The position numbers were made by a program, and so were the translations under genes. Below, piece by piece: positions 13,480 through 28,214 of a DNA stretch of 64,000 bases. Location: assembly GCA_051453625.1 (NCBI GenBank), contig JBOZIK010000001.1, forward strand, positions 5,462,695 through 5,526,694, in the 5' to 3' direction. Positions within the stretch are counted from its first letter, which is position 1. Every line of letters starts with the position of its first letter. The stretch is from Welwitschia mirabilis (lineage: Eukaryota). A model generated the notes under the pieces. The model did not search any database. It was not told the DNA's origin and was given only the letters and a program-made list of their open reading frames with translations.

Positions 13480-16400
13480 GATCTTGATGTGGAAAATAAA
13501 GAACAAGATGAGCTAGAAGAGACTTGTCAGGGGCTATACCAGGAATGTGAAAAGCTAGCTAAAAGGATAAATGATCTAAACAAGATTATAAAATCTCTCA
13601 CAATGGAAAAGGAGGAAATGGAATCAAGTCTCAAGAGAATCAAATCAGAAAACTTTGATCTTATTCTATAGGTTAAAGAATTATCTTATTTTATTAATAA
13701 ATTTTTAAGTGGATCTACCAAATTAGAACAAATGCTTGGAATTCAAAATCCTATTGGTAACAAGTTAGGTATTGGATTCATTTCTCAAAGACCTAAAAGA
13801 CAGTAAAATTAGATAACCAGTGATGGTAAGTTCCTTTTAAAAATTACTTATCATTTCTATTGAAGAACTGATTATTCAAAACTCATATGAAATGCTAAAA
13901 AATTAATGTTTTTTCAAACTTAGTTAGTACTTTTCCATTTAATTTTATTTCTAAAGAAGGTATACCATGTAAGTCTAGAAAGACTATGTGGATGAAAGCT
14001 AGTGATCTTAAAAGTCCTTTAATTCAAATAGCTTTCAAGATTTCAAATAGCACAAGATAGTATCTCGATAGTGGGTGTTCAAGGCATATAACAGGAGACA
14101 AATCTAGATTCAATCAACTAAGCAATTTTGATGATAGAGAGGTAACTTTCGAGGATAATGGAAGAGAAAAAATAAAAGGGATTAGAAGCATTAGTGGAGT
14201 TAACATTCCTATAATTAATAAAATTTTGTATGTAAATGGTTTAAAGAATAACTTATTGAGCATTAGTTAAAAATTTATGAAAAAGGTCACAAAGTAGTTT
14301 TTAATAAATCAAAATGTAAAATTTTGCATGGAAAATCAAATGATGTAATTTTTAGAGCAAGTAGAATAGACAATGTTTATAACATAGATCAATCATCTTA
14401 TCCTATGTTATTTTTCAAGTGTTCCTTAAGAAGATCTATGGCATAAATGATTACTTAATGTTAATTAGGATTAGTTGAAAATAATTATTCATAAAAAAAA
14501 TCATGGAAGGAATCTCTAAAATAAATGTAGAAAAATGAGGATTATGTAATGCATGCCAAAAGGGAAAACAAATTAGGACCTCTCATAAAAGAAAAATCCA
14601 AACGTCCACATCTATACCATTAGAACTTATTTATATGGATCTAGTAGCTCTTGCTCAAACTTGAAGTCTAGGTAAAAATTGTTATTTTCTCATCATGGTT
14701 GATGATTTCTTTAGATATACTTAGGTAGCATTTTTTTCAAAAAAATATAAATCTTATGAACATTATGTTGAAATTTACAATAAGATTTAAAACAAAAAGT
14801 GGTATACAATAACAAAATAAGAAGTGATTATAGTGGTTAATTTGAAAATCATTTCTTTAAGAAATATTGCATTAGAAATGGAATTGATCATCAGTTTTTA
14901 GCTCCAAAAACTTCACAACAAAATTGTACTACTGAAAAAAAGAATACGATCCTTCAAGAAATGGCATGAAATATGCTAAATGATAAGGAAGTTCCTAAAT
15001 CCTTTTGGGCTAAGGAAGTTAGTGTAACATGCTATATTATTAACAGAGTATATCTTAGACCTAGTACTGATAAAGCATTACATCAGTTATGGAAAGGAAG
15101 ACAACCAAATGTATCATGATTTAAAGTCTTCAGAAGTAAATTATATGTGCTAAAATATAGAGAAAATTTGAGCAAATTTGAGTTAAAGGCAAATGAAGCT
15201 ATTTTCTTGGGTTGCTCAACTAGAAGTAGAGTCTATTGTGTTTTCAAAAAAAAGAAGCTTAACAGTAGAAGAGTCAATAAACATGTAAATTGATGATATT
15301 AAGACAAGAACAAACTACATAAATAAGGAGGAAATCATAACTAAAAATATTCCCACAACCAATGAAGATTCTACTAAAAGAAATGAAGTTCTAATAAAAT
15401 AAGGCCTACTCAAAAAGCTCAAACTTCTTAAAGATCATCCTTTAGAATCCATTATTGAAGAAGTTAACTCAGGAATAAAGATAAAAGATTTCATAAACAT
15501 TTGTGTGCTTATGTTTATTATGTCTTAAAGATAGAACCAAAGAAATTTGAAGAAGCAAAAATTCATGAGGAATGGATGATGGCAATGCAAGATGAGCTAT
15601 AACAATTCAAGAGAAATAATGTTTAGAAGCTAATAGAAAGGCCAAAAGATAAGAATTACATTGGAATTGAATAGATTTTTAAAAACAAATATGATGAAGG
15701 AAAAAATGTCATTAAAAACAAGGTAAGATTAGTAGCTCAAGTCTATAATCAAATAGAAGGCATTGATATAGAAGATACTTTTGCTCCCATTGCAAGGCTA
15801 GATAGCATTAGAATGTTTTTTTCCTTTACAATTTTCAAGAATTTCAAAGTATATCAAATGGATGTAAAAAGTGCTTTCCTAAATGATATGTTAATTGAAG
15901 AAGTCTATGTAGAACAACCACAAGTTTTTATTAATCCTCATAAAATGGATCACGTACATAGACTTAAGAAAGCCTTGTATAGATTGAAACAAGTGCCAAA
16001 AGCTTAGTATGAAAAGTTAGATACCTTTTTAAATGAAAATGGATATATTCAAGAAACTGTAGATAAAACCTTATTTGTAAAGAACCTGAAAAAGAATTTC
16101 ATTATTATAAAGAGTTATGTACATGATATTATCTTTGATGCATCAAATAAAAATCTATCAAAGAATTGGAAATTATCATGACAAAACAATTTGAAATGAG
16201 TATGATTGGTGAAGTTAGGATGTTTCTTGAAATTTAGATCAAGCAATCTAAAGATGGAATATTTATTTCTCAATCCAAATATGCAATACATTTAATCAAA
16301 TGCTTTGAATTAGAAAAATGCAAAAACAACTAACACTCCTATGTCTACATCATGTAAAGTAAGTTTCGATGAAAATGGCAATTTAGTGGATTAAAAAATT

Positions 16401-17070
16401 TATAGAAGTATGATTGATAGCTTATTATATTTAACTACAAATAGACTAAATATCATATTTAGTATTGGAGTATGTGTAAGATATCAATGCAAGATATTAA
16501 TCCCAACCAAAAGAATCACATCTTTAAGTAGTAAAAAGAATTATCAGGTATGTAAAAGTCACATGCAATTATGGCTTATAGTATTCCACTGATACATCTT
16601 TTGAACTTGTAGGTTTTAGTGATGTAGATTGGGCTGGATGTAAAGATGACAGAAAAAGCACTAGTGAAGATTACTTTCTACTAGATTCATGTTTAGTAGG
16701 ATGGGCAAGTAAGACACAAAACTCTATTTCTTTCTCTACTATAAAAGCTGAATATATTGTAGTAGGTAGTTATTACACTCACATTTTATAAAGAAAAGAA
16801 ATTTTAAAAGATTTTGATATTAATTTTGAACAAGTCCGTATTTTTTATGACAATACAAGTGCTATTAATATATCAAAAAAATTCTATTCAACACTCAAGA
16901 ATGAAGAATATTGAGCTAAGACATCATTTCCTATATAAACAAGTTAAAAAAGAACACATCTCTATAAATTTATAACTTCAGAATAGCAATTGATAGATAT
17001 TTTTACTAAACCTCTAAATTTTAATACTTTTCTTCATCTTAGAACTAGGAGTTCTCTCATTGTTCTAAGG
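13480..17070 (+). pseudogene. copia gag(C-term)-pol pseudogene
   Basis: YLDSGCSRHITGD (14061), LELIYMDL and VDDF (14620-14710), YQMDVKSAFLN (~15851), GFSDVDWAGCKDDRKSTS (~16612) and DIFTKPL (~16996). Confidence 0.92.
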
Positions 17071-17720
17071 CTGATTATAGGATAGTTGATCAAATCTTTG
17101 ATTCAGTTGACTAGATGACATTGGCCAACCAATTTAAAACTTGGTTCCTTGGACATTCTTGTTTTTATAGCTATTCCAACAAAAGTACCAAATAAAAATT
17201 TGTCATTTAATTTTATTTTATCATTAAATGTTTGTTCTCTCCTTTTTCATTGATGTCAAAAAGGTGTAGAATTAATTGTTTGTTTGATAAATGTTTAAAT
17301 ATTTTCTTATATTGCATAAAATTGTATATTAATTAGTATCTCAAATCTATTTGTTCCTTTTCAAATCATATATACTCAACATGTTTTTTTTGGTATCATA
17401 TGTGTGTAAGTTGAAAAAATTAAAGTATTCTAACATTAGAAATAAATTCTCATATATGACATTTAACTAAAATATTAAATGAGTGACATGATCACATTAT
17501 GCTTATCATAAAGTTATGCCTTTTGAACTTTCAAATATGCATATTAAATTGTTCCATTTAAAGCATAAAATTTTATTATTTAAAATGTCTTAACTTGTTT
17601 TAAAAGGAGTATTATTTTGCAATAGGTATTTTGTAAGGAAGAGATTTTCTAAAGTTCTAATTTTTCACAACTAGGTATTATTTTCCATCAATGTTAAAAG
17701 GTGGGAGGGGTAAGGGGGTT

Positions 17721-19344
17721 TGTTAGATTATGTTTTACTAATTGATATCAAAATAATATTTTTATGTATAGTAAATTTTATGTATCTTATGTAGAAGATG
17801 TTAATTACTTGTAGGTCCAAAGATGAAACCAAAACCATTAATTTCTAAGCACTAGAAACCTATTAGTTCTTTTCCCCTATTGAGATGTTAACTAGATTTT
17901 CAAGAGGTGGACTGCATCTAAAGTAGATAGAAAATGAACCATGTCCAGAGGGGTTAACTGAATTTTTGATGGACTTGACTAGACCTGTAACCTTGAGAAC
18001 CAGTGTCCTTAAACCAAATGAAAAGGGGTTGACTGAATCTTTATGGGATCAATCGAATTTGAGATCCTGATAAATAGTATTCCTAAACTGAATGAAAAGG
18101 GACCAACTGAATCTATGATGGGGTTAACCAAATCTATGAACTAAGGAACAATACTCCTGAATTGATTGTCAAGAGATCGACTAAACTTATGATGAAGTTG
18201 ATCAGACCTAAGTACTATGTAGTTGATACACCTAAGTCAATTATCATGGGAATCAAGCAGACATCCAAAGAAGTTGATTAGACCTAACACTAGAAAATAG
18301 AAAGAATTTTATTAGGAGGAGCAGGTGACTAGATCATGTAGTGGATGACTAGACTAGGGTCCACTAGACCTATATGGGGTCGACCGAATATGGAGCTATA
18401 AGAAATTAGAGCAAGAAAATTTTTTACTTAAGCGACCTATGTAAGTCACTGCACCAAATGGAGTCGACTAGATGTTTGAGAGGTAGGCATGATAGAACAG
18501 AAGTAAAATTTTCTAATCATTATGTATCCATTATGTAATCATTGAATAGCTATTTATAGCCATTAAAAGTGCATTTCAAATGTAATAAATCCTAAAATCA
18601 TTTCAATATAAATAGCTAAGACATAGATAACTAAAGAATCTTTTGGAACTATTTTTAATTGGATGAATCTATTATATCTAAAAGATCAAGTACTATAATC
18701 TTGTAACTTTCATTGTTGTATCTTGGCATCTTTACTTCTGACTGAAAATGATCTACCATCGGTATCATATATACATTCAAGGTTAGATTTAGTGCTTCAT
18801 TCATTTTACACCTAGAAGAGAAGAGCTCCATCAAATCTACTAAATTAAGAATGAGTAATATCCATGCTCTATTGGCATCATTACATCACTACTTTGCTTT
18901 ATGAAATGTTAAGACTAAGCCTTGAAAAGCCTATTTAAAGGTTAAGAATAAACCTTCAAAAGTTCATTCAAAGGTTAAGACTAAACCCTGAAAAATCCAT
19001 TTAAAGATTAAGACTAAGCTTGAAAAAGTCTATTTATAAAGGTTACAGGTAAACTTAGAATACCTAGTGGAGTAATGAAGATTCAAGTACTAGCTTGGGG
19101 ATAAGTTGATCATCAAGAGTGGAGTAGGTGTTTCCTAAACCACTATAAATCTAGTGTACATTCATTTGGTATTTTTATGCTTTTAGTCATCATTTCTTCA
19201 CTTTTATTATTTTCTTATTTCATGTACATTTTGAATTAGTTAATTATTATATGCAAGTTTTATTTAAGATTGGATTTATTTAGAATATTATGTTGCATAT
19301 TTTTAAAATACCCCGCCCCTACTCTAGGGTTCTTGATCCTATCA
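17721..19344 (+). repeat. 3' LTR of copia element 1
   Basis: TGTTAG...CTATCA, preceded by a polypurine tract and followed by the TSD CACCT. Confidence 0.92.
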
Positions 19345-20132
19345 CACCTAAGTATGAACTCACATTTCAAAGACTTAAAAATCTTTTAAAGTAATAACTG
19401 ATGCAAGTGATTTTATAGTAGGTGTAGTCTTTGATCAAACTCTTAAGCATAAATCCTTTATCATTTCCTATGATAGTGAGATCTTGAATGATGCTCAACT
19501 TCATTATTATATAGTAAAAAAGAGATATTATATGTTATCTTTACTCTTGAAAATTTTGCTACTATATTATTAGTTATTCTCTAATTATCTTTACTAGTCA
19601 TGCTACTTTGAAATATATTTTAAATAATCTTTTAATTACATCTCACCTTATGCATTAGGATTTTTTATGTAATAGTTTGATATTATAATTAAAGATATAT
19701 TTAGAAAGAAAATCTTAGTTGCTAGTAATTTATTTCATCTTTCTATACCTATGGATTCATCTGAAATTAATGAAAATTTATTTGTTGTAAATGTTTTTCC
19801 TTGATATAATGAAATTGTAAATTTTAAATCGTGTGGTGATAGTCCTAGTAACATGTCTTATTATGAACAAAGTAAAATTTTATCTTAACAACATAAATTT
19901 CTATAGGACTTACTTCTTTTATTTAAATATTGTATTGATAAGATCTTTCAAAGGAGTGTACCTGAGACTAAAATGATTACTATACTAGAATTTTGTCATA
20001 ATGGTGTTCATGGTGCTCATTTTAATGGAAGCTACATATAAAGTTTTAAATGTTGGATTATTTTATCCTACTCTTTTTAAAGATGCTAATTAATTTTATA
20101 AATCATGTGATAAATGTCAAAGAATAGTAAGC
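19345..20132 (+). pseudogene. RNaseH and integrase zinc-finger remnant of element A
   Basis: Reads YELTFQRLKNLL, TDASDFIVG, FCHNGVHGAHF and CDKCQR. Confidence 0.8.
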
Positions 20133-21451
20133 TATTTACATGCCAAAATTAACATTCTAAGTAAGTAAAATGGATCAACTTAACATAGGAAGAAATATTG
20201 AAACACATGATTTTATTACATGTTAATGTTTTTAACTCTTTTTATTACTTCTAAATGAAGTTATAAACTTCATTTAACATAAGCATATGTAATATGGCCT
20301 TTAGAAAGACTATGCATAAATTAACCATCTTTCAGCACCAAACGCTAGTGCACCCCTCAGGACTATTAGCATCACTACCTTCCTAAGGTAGATCATTGTA
20401 AAACTTATGTTTTTGCATTGTTTTAGGGAACTAATCACATTTTACTTATAGGCTAGTTGCAATTTATCCAAAATAAATATTCAAACCTAATGACACATGG
20501 TAGAAGTGCATGACAATATGTCATAATGACATGTAGTTCAGCAAGGATGATCATAATGAAGAAATATGATAAGGCATCTATTGGTAGCATCATTAGTAAT
20601 TATAGAATACATCATTACCATGTTTGCATAAAAAATAAAAAATCATTCCTTGTAGCTACATGCCAGATGTTTGTGACTTCCTTCTTAAGTAATTACCTAA
20701 TGTAGATCTCATTATGTAACTACCTCCCAACCTCACTTAATGTAATTATGATAAAGCCTCTTTAAGCCTTTTCTCATATATAAAAATCCTTGAAAACCCA
20801 TTTAAAAATTTTTTGATTGGATTAATATGAAAAAGACTTAGAGGCTAGGATGTCATGGTGCTCTAATCATATTTCTTGGGGACAAAATGATTCAAGACTA
20901 GTTAAGGAGTTCTTATTCTTTACCTCCTACATTTGATGTAATATATTATTTTAATTTTAATAAAAGTATTAGTTTAAACCCTTTCATTGTTAATGTGTAA
21001 AATTATTTGGTATTATCAATATTTTGATAGGACTGTTTGTAGAATTAGTTTGAATCCTTTCATTATTATTGCACATTCATTTGGCATTAGTGATATTTAC
21101 ATAGGACTAATTCCAAGTTGGTATCATTTGTTTATTATTATTGCATAATAATTTGACATTAGCAATTTTTAGTTTATCTCACTTAATTATTAAGTACAAG
21201 ATACAAGAATCATTAAAGCAAAGATAGAGATATGGACAAGTCAATTAGATATTTGGAAAACAATTTTCTCTTTAATTACCAATCAGAGACCACTTTAATT
21301 ATAAACATCTAATTTTTTTTGATTTGATTTTTTGGTTGTAAGTTAGAATTTTCATGTTTATTTTGATTAAGTTACTTCAAATATCCATGTGAAAAATGAA
21401 AATTAAGTGCAAACTTAGTTTTAAATCTAAATCACTACAAAGCTCTAATTA
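20133..21451 (+). repeat. 5' LTR of element B (~1.32 kb)
   Basis: Collinear similarity to 29764-31582 from T(A/G)TTTACATG.CAAAATTAACATTCTAAG through to the end. Confidence 0.85.
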
Positions 21452-23462
21452 GATTTTGGCACTGTTACTAGAGATATATTGCCATTATGACTTTTTAATA
21501 GTATATGATTTTCTTCTTACAATTTTTTAAGTAATTTTTATTTTTTCAGTGGGTCACTAGTCCATTTTTAGTAATATCTAAACTATTCATTTTTCTTTTT
21601 TATTTATATTTTTCTTTCTCTTATAGTGGTAGGTATTGTTTTATTTCTAGTAAAACATAAATTGGTTTAAATTATTGAGTTTGGTTTTCTAATCTAACAT
21701 CTAAAATTCATTTTTATATCTAATATTTTTATATTATGGGTCTAGTAACTTTCCTATAGATGCAACCAAAATCCAAGATTGTGAATTGAAAAAACTAAAC
21801 TCTAATAAGTTGTTTGTTTTCTATAATTTATAGTTTTTATTTTCTTAACTTCTATAAGAATCAAAAAAATATTTAGGATATCTCCATAGGATTTACTTCA
21901 TTTCATTCCATCAATATCTTATTTTCTGCTACTCGTTTTCATACCCCATAACATAAAATACCTTATGCGGTTGCACTTGTAATTACTATGTTTTTTCAGG
22001 TAAATCTCTAAAAAGAATAAAGCCACTATGAATGGTAACTTATGTCATTGGCTTTTTTATGATTTTTTCACTTGGATAATGCTTTTAACCACTCTTGGAT
22101 GTCTTGAAAATATTTTGATATGGGTATTCCTTTGGAACTATGAATAGTTAAGGATATGTAAACTTTTAGTCTAAACTGTCATCTATTTTCTGAATCTTAC
22201 TGATGAATTGGGATCTTAACCCATTTAAACATTTTATAATCTAAAACCCTATCTCTTCCTACACTTTTCAACCTATAAATAACCTAAATGAACTATAGGG
22301 AACTTTATTATTCCTAGACAGACCTTTGAAAAGTATCTTTGACTCTATCTCTATATTAATTAAACTTCTTGTAATTTTCTATTTGAAAATCCCTATTATG
22401 AACTAAGTGAGTTTGATTTCATACCTTCTTTCACATCCCACAATCCTTATCCTTGATCCTCATATTCATATTCATTATCATTTAACCCTTATCCCTCATT
22501 TTTCCTTTTTATATCCTTTATTTTTTCATCTTTACCTATCATCTTCATACATGCAACCATCTAGCTTACACTACTTTGAAGATACCTTATAAAGATTCTT
22601 AGATAAAGTAGTCAAATCTTCTTACAACACACTTTAATTTCACTCATAATCTTTGAAAGAATCCACTAATACAACTAATTAAAACATTAATTAAGTCCTT
22701 TAATAAATAGCTCAAAGTAATGAACAAATCCTTTAGGCACTTAAACAATAAGAAGGCGAAAAAAATTGTACTATATTCTATGAACCTACAAGCTTAGAAA
22801 ACTTTGAAAAAATTGGAAACACTAAAATTAATAACACCCAAATGATATCCCTTAGGAATGAGGAAGAAGTCCATAATGAAACCTATAAGAAAAGCCAAAA
22901 GAAAATTGAGTTTAGACATGCCTTAGAGACTAAATAATGAGGTGAATTTAGGTTATACTATAGAGTAGGATTAGATACATTTGATAATGCTCAATCTGTG
23001 ATAAGTAAGAAAACATTTGAAGGATATAAAAAATTAGAAAGATATACTATAAAGGATGACTTAATAAGTGACATTGATGAAGAAAATATTAAACCATAAT
23101 GTTTTTCTCTTATGCAACCAATTAAGGAAGAATCTAATATTTTTATCTTTATCTTTTAAGCAAGACCTAAATGTTAATAAAGAAATTAAATCCTCTATAC
23201 TTTTAAAACTCTCTTCTAATACTTTTCTTGATGATCAATCATTTTCTCTAATGGTTTTCAATCTACCTTTATCTTCTTTTCTAAAACAATGTTTTAAATG
23301 ATTTGTTAAGTAAATAGGAATAGTCAAAGGGTTAGAGAATTGCTAATTTTAGATGTATTAATTTACAACTAATGTTGATGTTATTTCATATCTTATGAAT
23401 TCATGTACAAATGTTTATAAATATTCTCTCTCATTACTAAATGCTTTATGTAATTTTAATGT

Positions 23463-26400
23463 TGTTAAATTATGTATTACCAGTTAATGTCAAACTAATG
23501 TTTTTTGTGAAAGGAAATTTGTATATCTTTGTGTAGAAAATATTGATTACTTGCAAGTAAAACTATAAATCTATGAATATTACATTTTAATCACTAAACT
23601 GTGTTAAGTTTTATTACCCTCTTAAGGGATTAATTGGACTCTATGGGATTGATCACACTTGGAGTGAACTCTCAAAATTGAACTAAATTTTAACTAAACT
23701 TTCAAGGAGTTGAGTGGATCTATAAACTTGAGAATAAGTACTCTTAAACCAATTGTCAAGGGGTTGACTAGACCTATGAGGGATCAACTAAAACTAGGCA
23801 CTGTGTACTTCATATACTTAAATCGATCATCAAGGATTGACCAGATACCTAAGGGGTTGACTGAACTTGATGCAGAAAACTAGGTTAGATTTTTATTAAG
23901 ATAGTGCATGCAACTAGACAGATATGCAGATGAACAAATGAGTGGTTGATTAAACCCTAAGGGATCAACTAGAAATGGAACTTTAGAAACAAGAATGATT
24001 AAAAAATTTATTCAGGAACTCTATTTAAGTTANNNNNNNNNNNNNNNNNNNNNNNNNNNNNNNNNNNNNNNNNNNNNNNNNNNNNNNNNNNNNNNNNNNN
24101 NNNNNNNNNNNNNNNNNNNNNNNNNNNNNNNNNNNNNNNNNNNNNNNNNNNNNNNNNNNNNNNNNNNNNNNNNNNNNNNNNNNNNNNNNNNNNNNNNNNN
24201 NNNNNNNNNNNNNNNNNNNNNNNNNNNNNNNNNNNNNGAATCTTGGTGATTGATCTTTGTACTCCATTATTCATAGATTGTATCATTTTTAGGAGAAGAG
24301 CTTAATCATTTTCATTAAGCCAAAGAATAAGTGATATTAATGCACTTGGGCATTCTATCATAACTACCACATTTTTTGAAAATTGAGAATTAGCCTACAA
24401 AATTTTATTTGAAAAGATTGAAACTTATTATACGAAAGTCCATTTGAAAAAGTTAAGACTTGGCCTATAAAAGTCCATTTTTAAAGGTTAAAAGTTAACC
24501 TGTAACACCTAAAAGAGTTAATGGAGATCTAAATTAGGCTTTATGATAAGCTAATCATCAAGAGTGGAGTAGGCAATTTTCCAAACCACTATAAGACTCA
24601 TGTGCATATGATCAATATTTTCATGCTTTATATTATTTTCATTTTTTTAGAATACCTTTAGTTTTTATTCATAAGTATTTTAGTGATTCATTTAAATCAA
24701 GTTTATATCATAATTTTTCAAGAAAATTATTCACTCTTCCCCTCTAGGATTCTTCATTCCACATTTGGTATTAGATATAAGTTGATCTTGTATTTAGATT
24801 TTAATCAGTCTAGATTTTAGAACTTGAAAATGAGTAATCCCTTTGATGGATTCTCCACTAGTCATCCACCTTTGTTCGATGGGTCAAATTATGCCTATTA
24901 GAAAGCCAGAATGAAAATATCCCTTAGATTCCTAGATGAGATATTGAAGAGCTTATTTATAAAGGTTATACTTTGCCTACATTAATATAAATCAATGTAA
25001 ATGGTAATACCATTCTAGTTGCCATAACCTAAGATTAACAGACTGCCCTAGTTAAAACCAAATTCACCATAAACACCCATGCTCTTAATGCTATATTCTG
25101 TGTAGTTTGTACAGATGAATTTAAGTGAATTGTAAATTATACTTATGCAAAGAAAACATGGGATATTCTTAAAGTTACTCATAAAGAAACTTTCACTATA
25201 AAGCAAGACAAGCTTCAAATGCTTATCTTTAGATTTAAAGATATTCATATAGACAAGGAGAATACCTTATAGGAGTTATTTACTAGACTTATTAAAATTG
25301 TTAGCTTCATGACAAGTATAGATAAACATTTAGATGAAGCAAAAGTTGTCAAAAAGTGCTAATATCTCTTTCAAAGATATTTAAACCTAAAGTTACAGTA
25401 ATCAAGGAAAGTAAAAATATCAATACAATGGCACTAGAAGATCCTCAAGTTAATTTGCAAACATATGAATTAAAATTTACTAAAGATAAGAAAAAAGGTA
25501 TTACTTTGAAGTATGTATAGGAAAGATATAGGTCTAAGAAGTCAAATGAATAACTAAATGATGATGAGGTTTCTTTCATACGAAGGTTTAAGAAATTTTG
25601 GCACAGAAGGAAAAAGGAAGGTAAGCCAAGTAGAATTACAAAATAGGACACCCAAAGTACAAGAAGAAGTAAGACAAAGAAAAATAAATCTAATGTTTCT
25701 ATTAAAAAGGATTTGAACATATGGCTAACGATTATCTAAAAACCAAAAGAGATCATAAAAAATCAAAGAATTCTTCATTTGTTACAACATGGGATAATGT
25801 GGATGAGGATAATAATAGTAGTTTGGATCAAGAATCAGATGGAGATAAAAGACTATATTTCATGGTAATTATGCCTTCACTTCAGAACTTATCTAGCACA
25901 TCGAAGCCTAATGATTTGGATATAATTTATGAAGAACAAGATGATCTAGAAGATACTTATTAAGAATTGTATAAAGAATGTGAAAAGTTGGTAAAGTGAA
26001 TAAATCATTTAAATAACATTGTAAAATCTCTAACCAAAGAAAAAAAGGAAATAGAATCAAAGTATAAATTACTCAAATATAATAACTCCAATCTCATATT
26101 AGAGGTAAAAGATTTATCTTTTTTTGTTAATAAATTTTTTAGTAACTCTTTAAAATTATAACAAATGCTTGAAGTTTAAAAATCTACTAGTGATAAATTA
26201 GGTATTGGATTCATCCCTTAAAATCCATAAAAAAATAGGTAACTTAGTAAAGTAAGTTCATTTCTAAAGTTACTTGTTATTTTTATGAAAAAATAGAACA
26301 TTTAAAACTTTTATGTACTACTAGAAACTTAATGATATTTTCAAATTTAGTTAGTTCTTTTCCATTTAAATTTATTCATAAAGGAGGTATACCACATAAG

Positions 26401-28214
26401 TCCAAAAAGAGTAAGTGGATGAAAGATAATGATTTAAAAAGTCTTTTAACTTATATAGCTTTCAAGATCTCAAATGGCAGTAACTTGTACTTAGAAAGTG
26501 GATGCTCAAAATACACAATGGAAGATAAATTAAATTTCAAACATTTAAGCAACTTTGATGGAGGCTTTAAAAATAATAAAAAAGTAAAGATAAAAGGAAT
26601 GGAAAGCATCAGAGGAGATAATTTATCAAGAATTAATAAAGTGTTATATGTTAATGGTTTANNNNNNNNNNNNNNNNNNNNNNNNNNNNNNNNNNNNNNN
26701 NNNNNNNNNNNNNNNNNNNNNNNNNNNNNNNNNNNNNNNNNNNNNNNNNNNNNNNNNNNNNTTGTATTTTGCATATTATTGATAATTAACAGGATTGGAT
26801 TTGAACGTGAACTATTGCATAAATACACACCGCAACACATTTCATGAGAGAGATTTTTCTAAATTTCAATATTTTATAATGAAGGAAATGTTTGCCATCG
26901 ATGCTAAAGGGGAGGCTATTAGATTATGTATTATCAATTAATGTGATAATAACATTTTTATGAAGCAAAATTTATGTATCTTGGTGTAAAAAATATTGAT
27001 TACTTGTAAGTCAGAATTTGAAGCTATGAATGTTACATTTTAATCATTGAAATCTATCAAGTCCTATTACCCTCTTAAGGGGTTAACTAGACTTCTAAGA
27101 GGTTAACTGCACTTAGAATAAACTCTTAGAATTAAACTAAATTCAAAGGGGTCAACCAAAATTTAAAGGAGTCGACTAGAGCTATGAACTTGAGAACTAG
27201 TACTCTTAAAATAATTGTTAAGGGGTTGACTAGACCTATGAGAAGCCAACTGGACTTGAGCACTATGTACCTGATATAACTGAACCAATTATCAAGGGAT
27301 TAAATGGATCTAATGTAAAAAACTGGGTTGGATTTTTATCAAGACCAAGTAGGCAATTGGTCAGATATGCAGGTTACCAAATAGGTGGTCGATGAGACCT
27401 TGAGGGATCGACTGGACATGGAGGCATAAGAAACTAGGATGACTAAAAAGCTCACTCAAGTGACCTATTTAAGTCATGGTACTAAGAGAGGTCAGCTAGA
27501 CATTTAAGGGGTCAATTGGTCAGAATGGAAACAAGAATTTTATATTCGTTATATAGTTATTTTGTAGTTGTTGGAAGCACATTTTCAATTGTAATAACTC
27601 TAAAAGCCTTTCATAATAAATAGCCAAGAGGAAAATCACTATAGAAACTTTTGAATATTTTGAATCCTTGGATAAACTATTGAATTTTGATGATTGATTT
27701 TTGTACTCCATTATCCATAGATTGTACCATTTATAGGAGGAAAGCTCTATCATTTTAATTAAGCCAAAGAATAAGTGATATCAGTGCACTTGGATATTCT
27801 ATCATAACTTCTACATTTTCTGATGATTAAGAATTACCCTGCAAAAGTTCATTTGAAAAGATTGAGACTTAGCCAAAAAGAGTTTGTTTAAAAGGATTGA
27901 GACTTAGCCTATAAAAGTCCTTTTAAAAAGGTTAAGACTTAGCCTATAAAAGTTTGTTTGCAAAGGTTATAGGTAAACCTACAATATCTAGAAAAGTTAA
28001 CAGAGATCTGGATTAGGATTAATGATAAGTTGATTATTGAGAGTGGAGTTAGAGGTTTCTCAAACCACTATAAAACTTACATGCATATGATCAGTATTTT
28101 CATTCTTTTTATTATCTTCATTTTTTCAAATACCTTCAGTTTTTATGCACAACTATTTTATTGATTCATTTCAACTAACTTTATATCATGAGTTTATTTG
28201 AATTTTTTAAAGAA
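23463..28214 (+). mobile_element. Sirevirus-like copia element 2 nested in element B; pol mostly absent or hidden in a gap; 3' LTR truncated
   Basis: LTRs 23463-24763 and 26917-~28214, PBS TGGTATTAGA at 24766, gag PPLFDGSNYAY*KARM (~24866), protease YLESGCS (~26488), and PPT AAAGGGGAGG at 26906. It is clearly related to element 1. Confidence 0.85.
24830..26661 (+). pseudogene. gag-protease pseudogene of copia element 2
   Basis: Copia gag N-terminal motif, coiled-coil segment homologous to 13480-13800, and a protease motif. Confidence 0.85.

Larger units (their letters stand above)
11552..19344 (+). mobile_element. Sirevirus-like (SIRE/Maximus) Ty1/copia element 1, structurally complete but decayed, no env-like ORF
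   Basis: Paired LTRs 11552-13177 and 17721-19344, PBS TGGTATTAGAGT at 13180, PPT at ~17696-17718 plus upstream PPT-like tracts, and TSD CACTT/CACCT. Domain order is PR-INT-RT-RH, and the LTR ends in the C-rich ATTCA(A)CCCC...CA motif. Confidence 0.9.

Noticed and set aside
26662..26761. Copia 2 as a pol-deleted non-autonomous element
   Set aside because: The 100-N gap is of unknown size and could contain pol.
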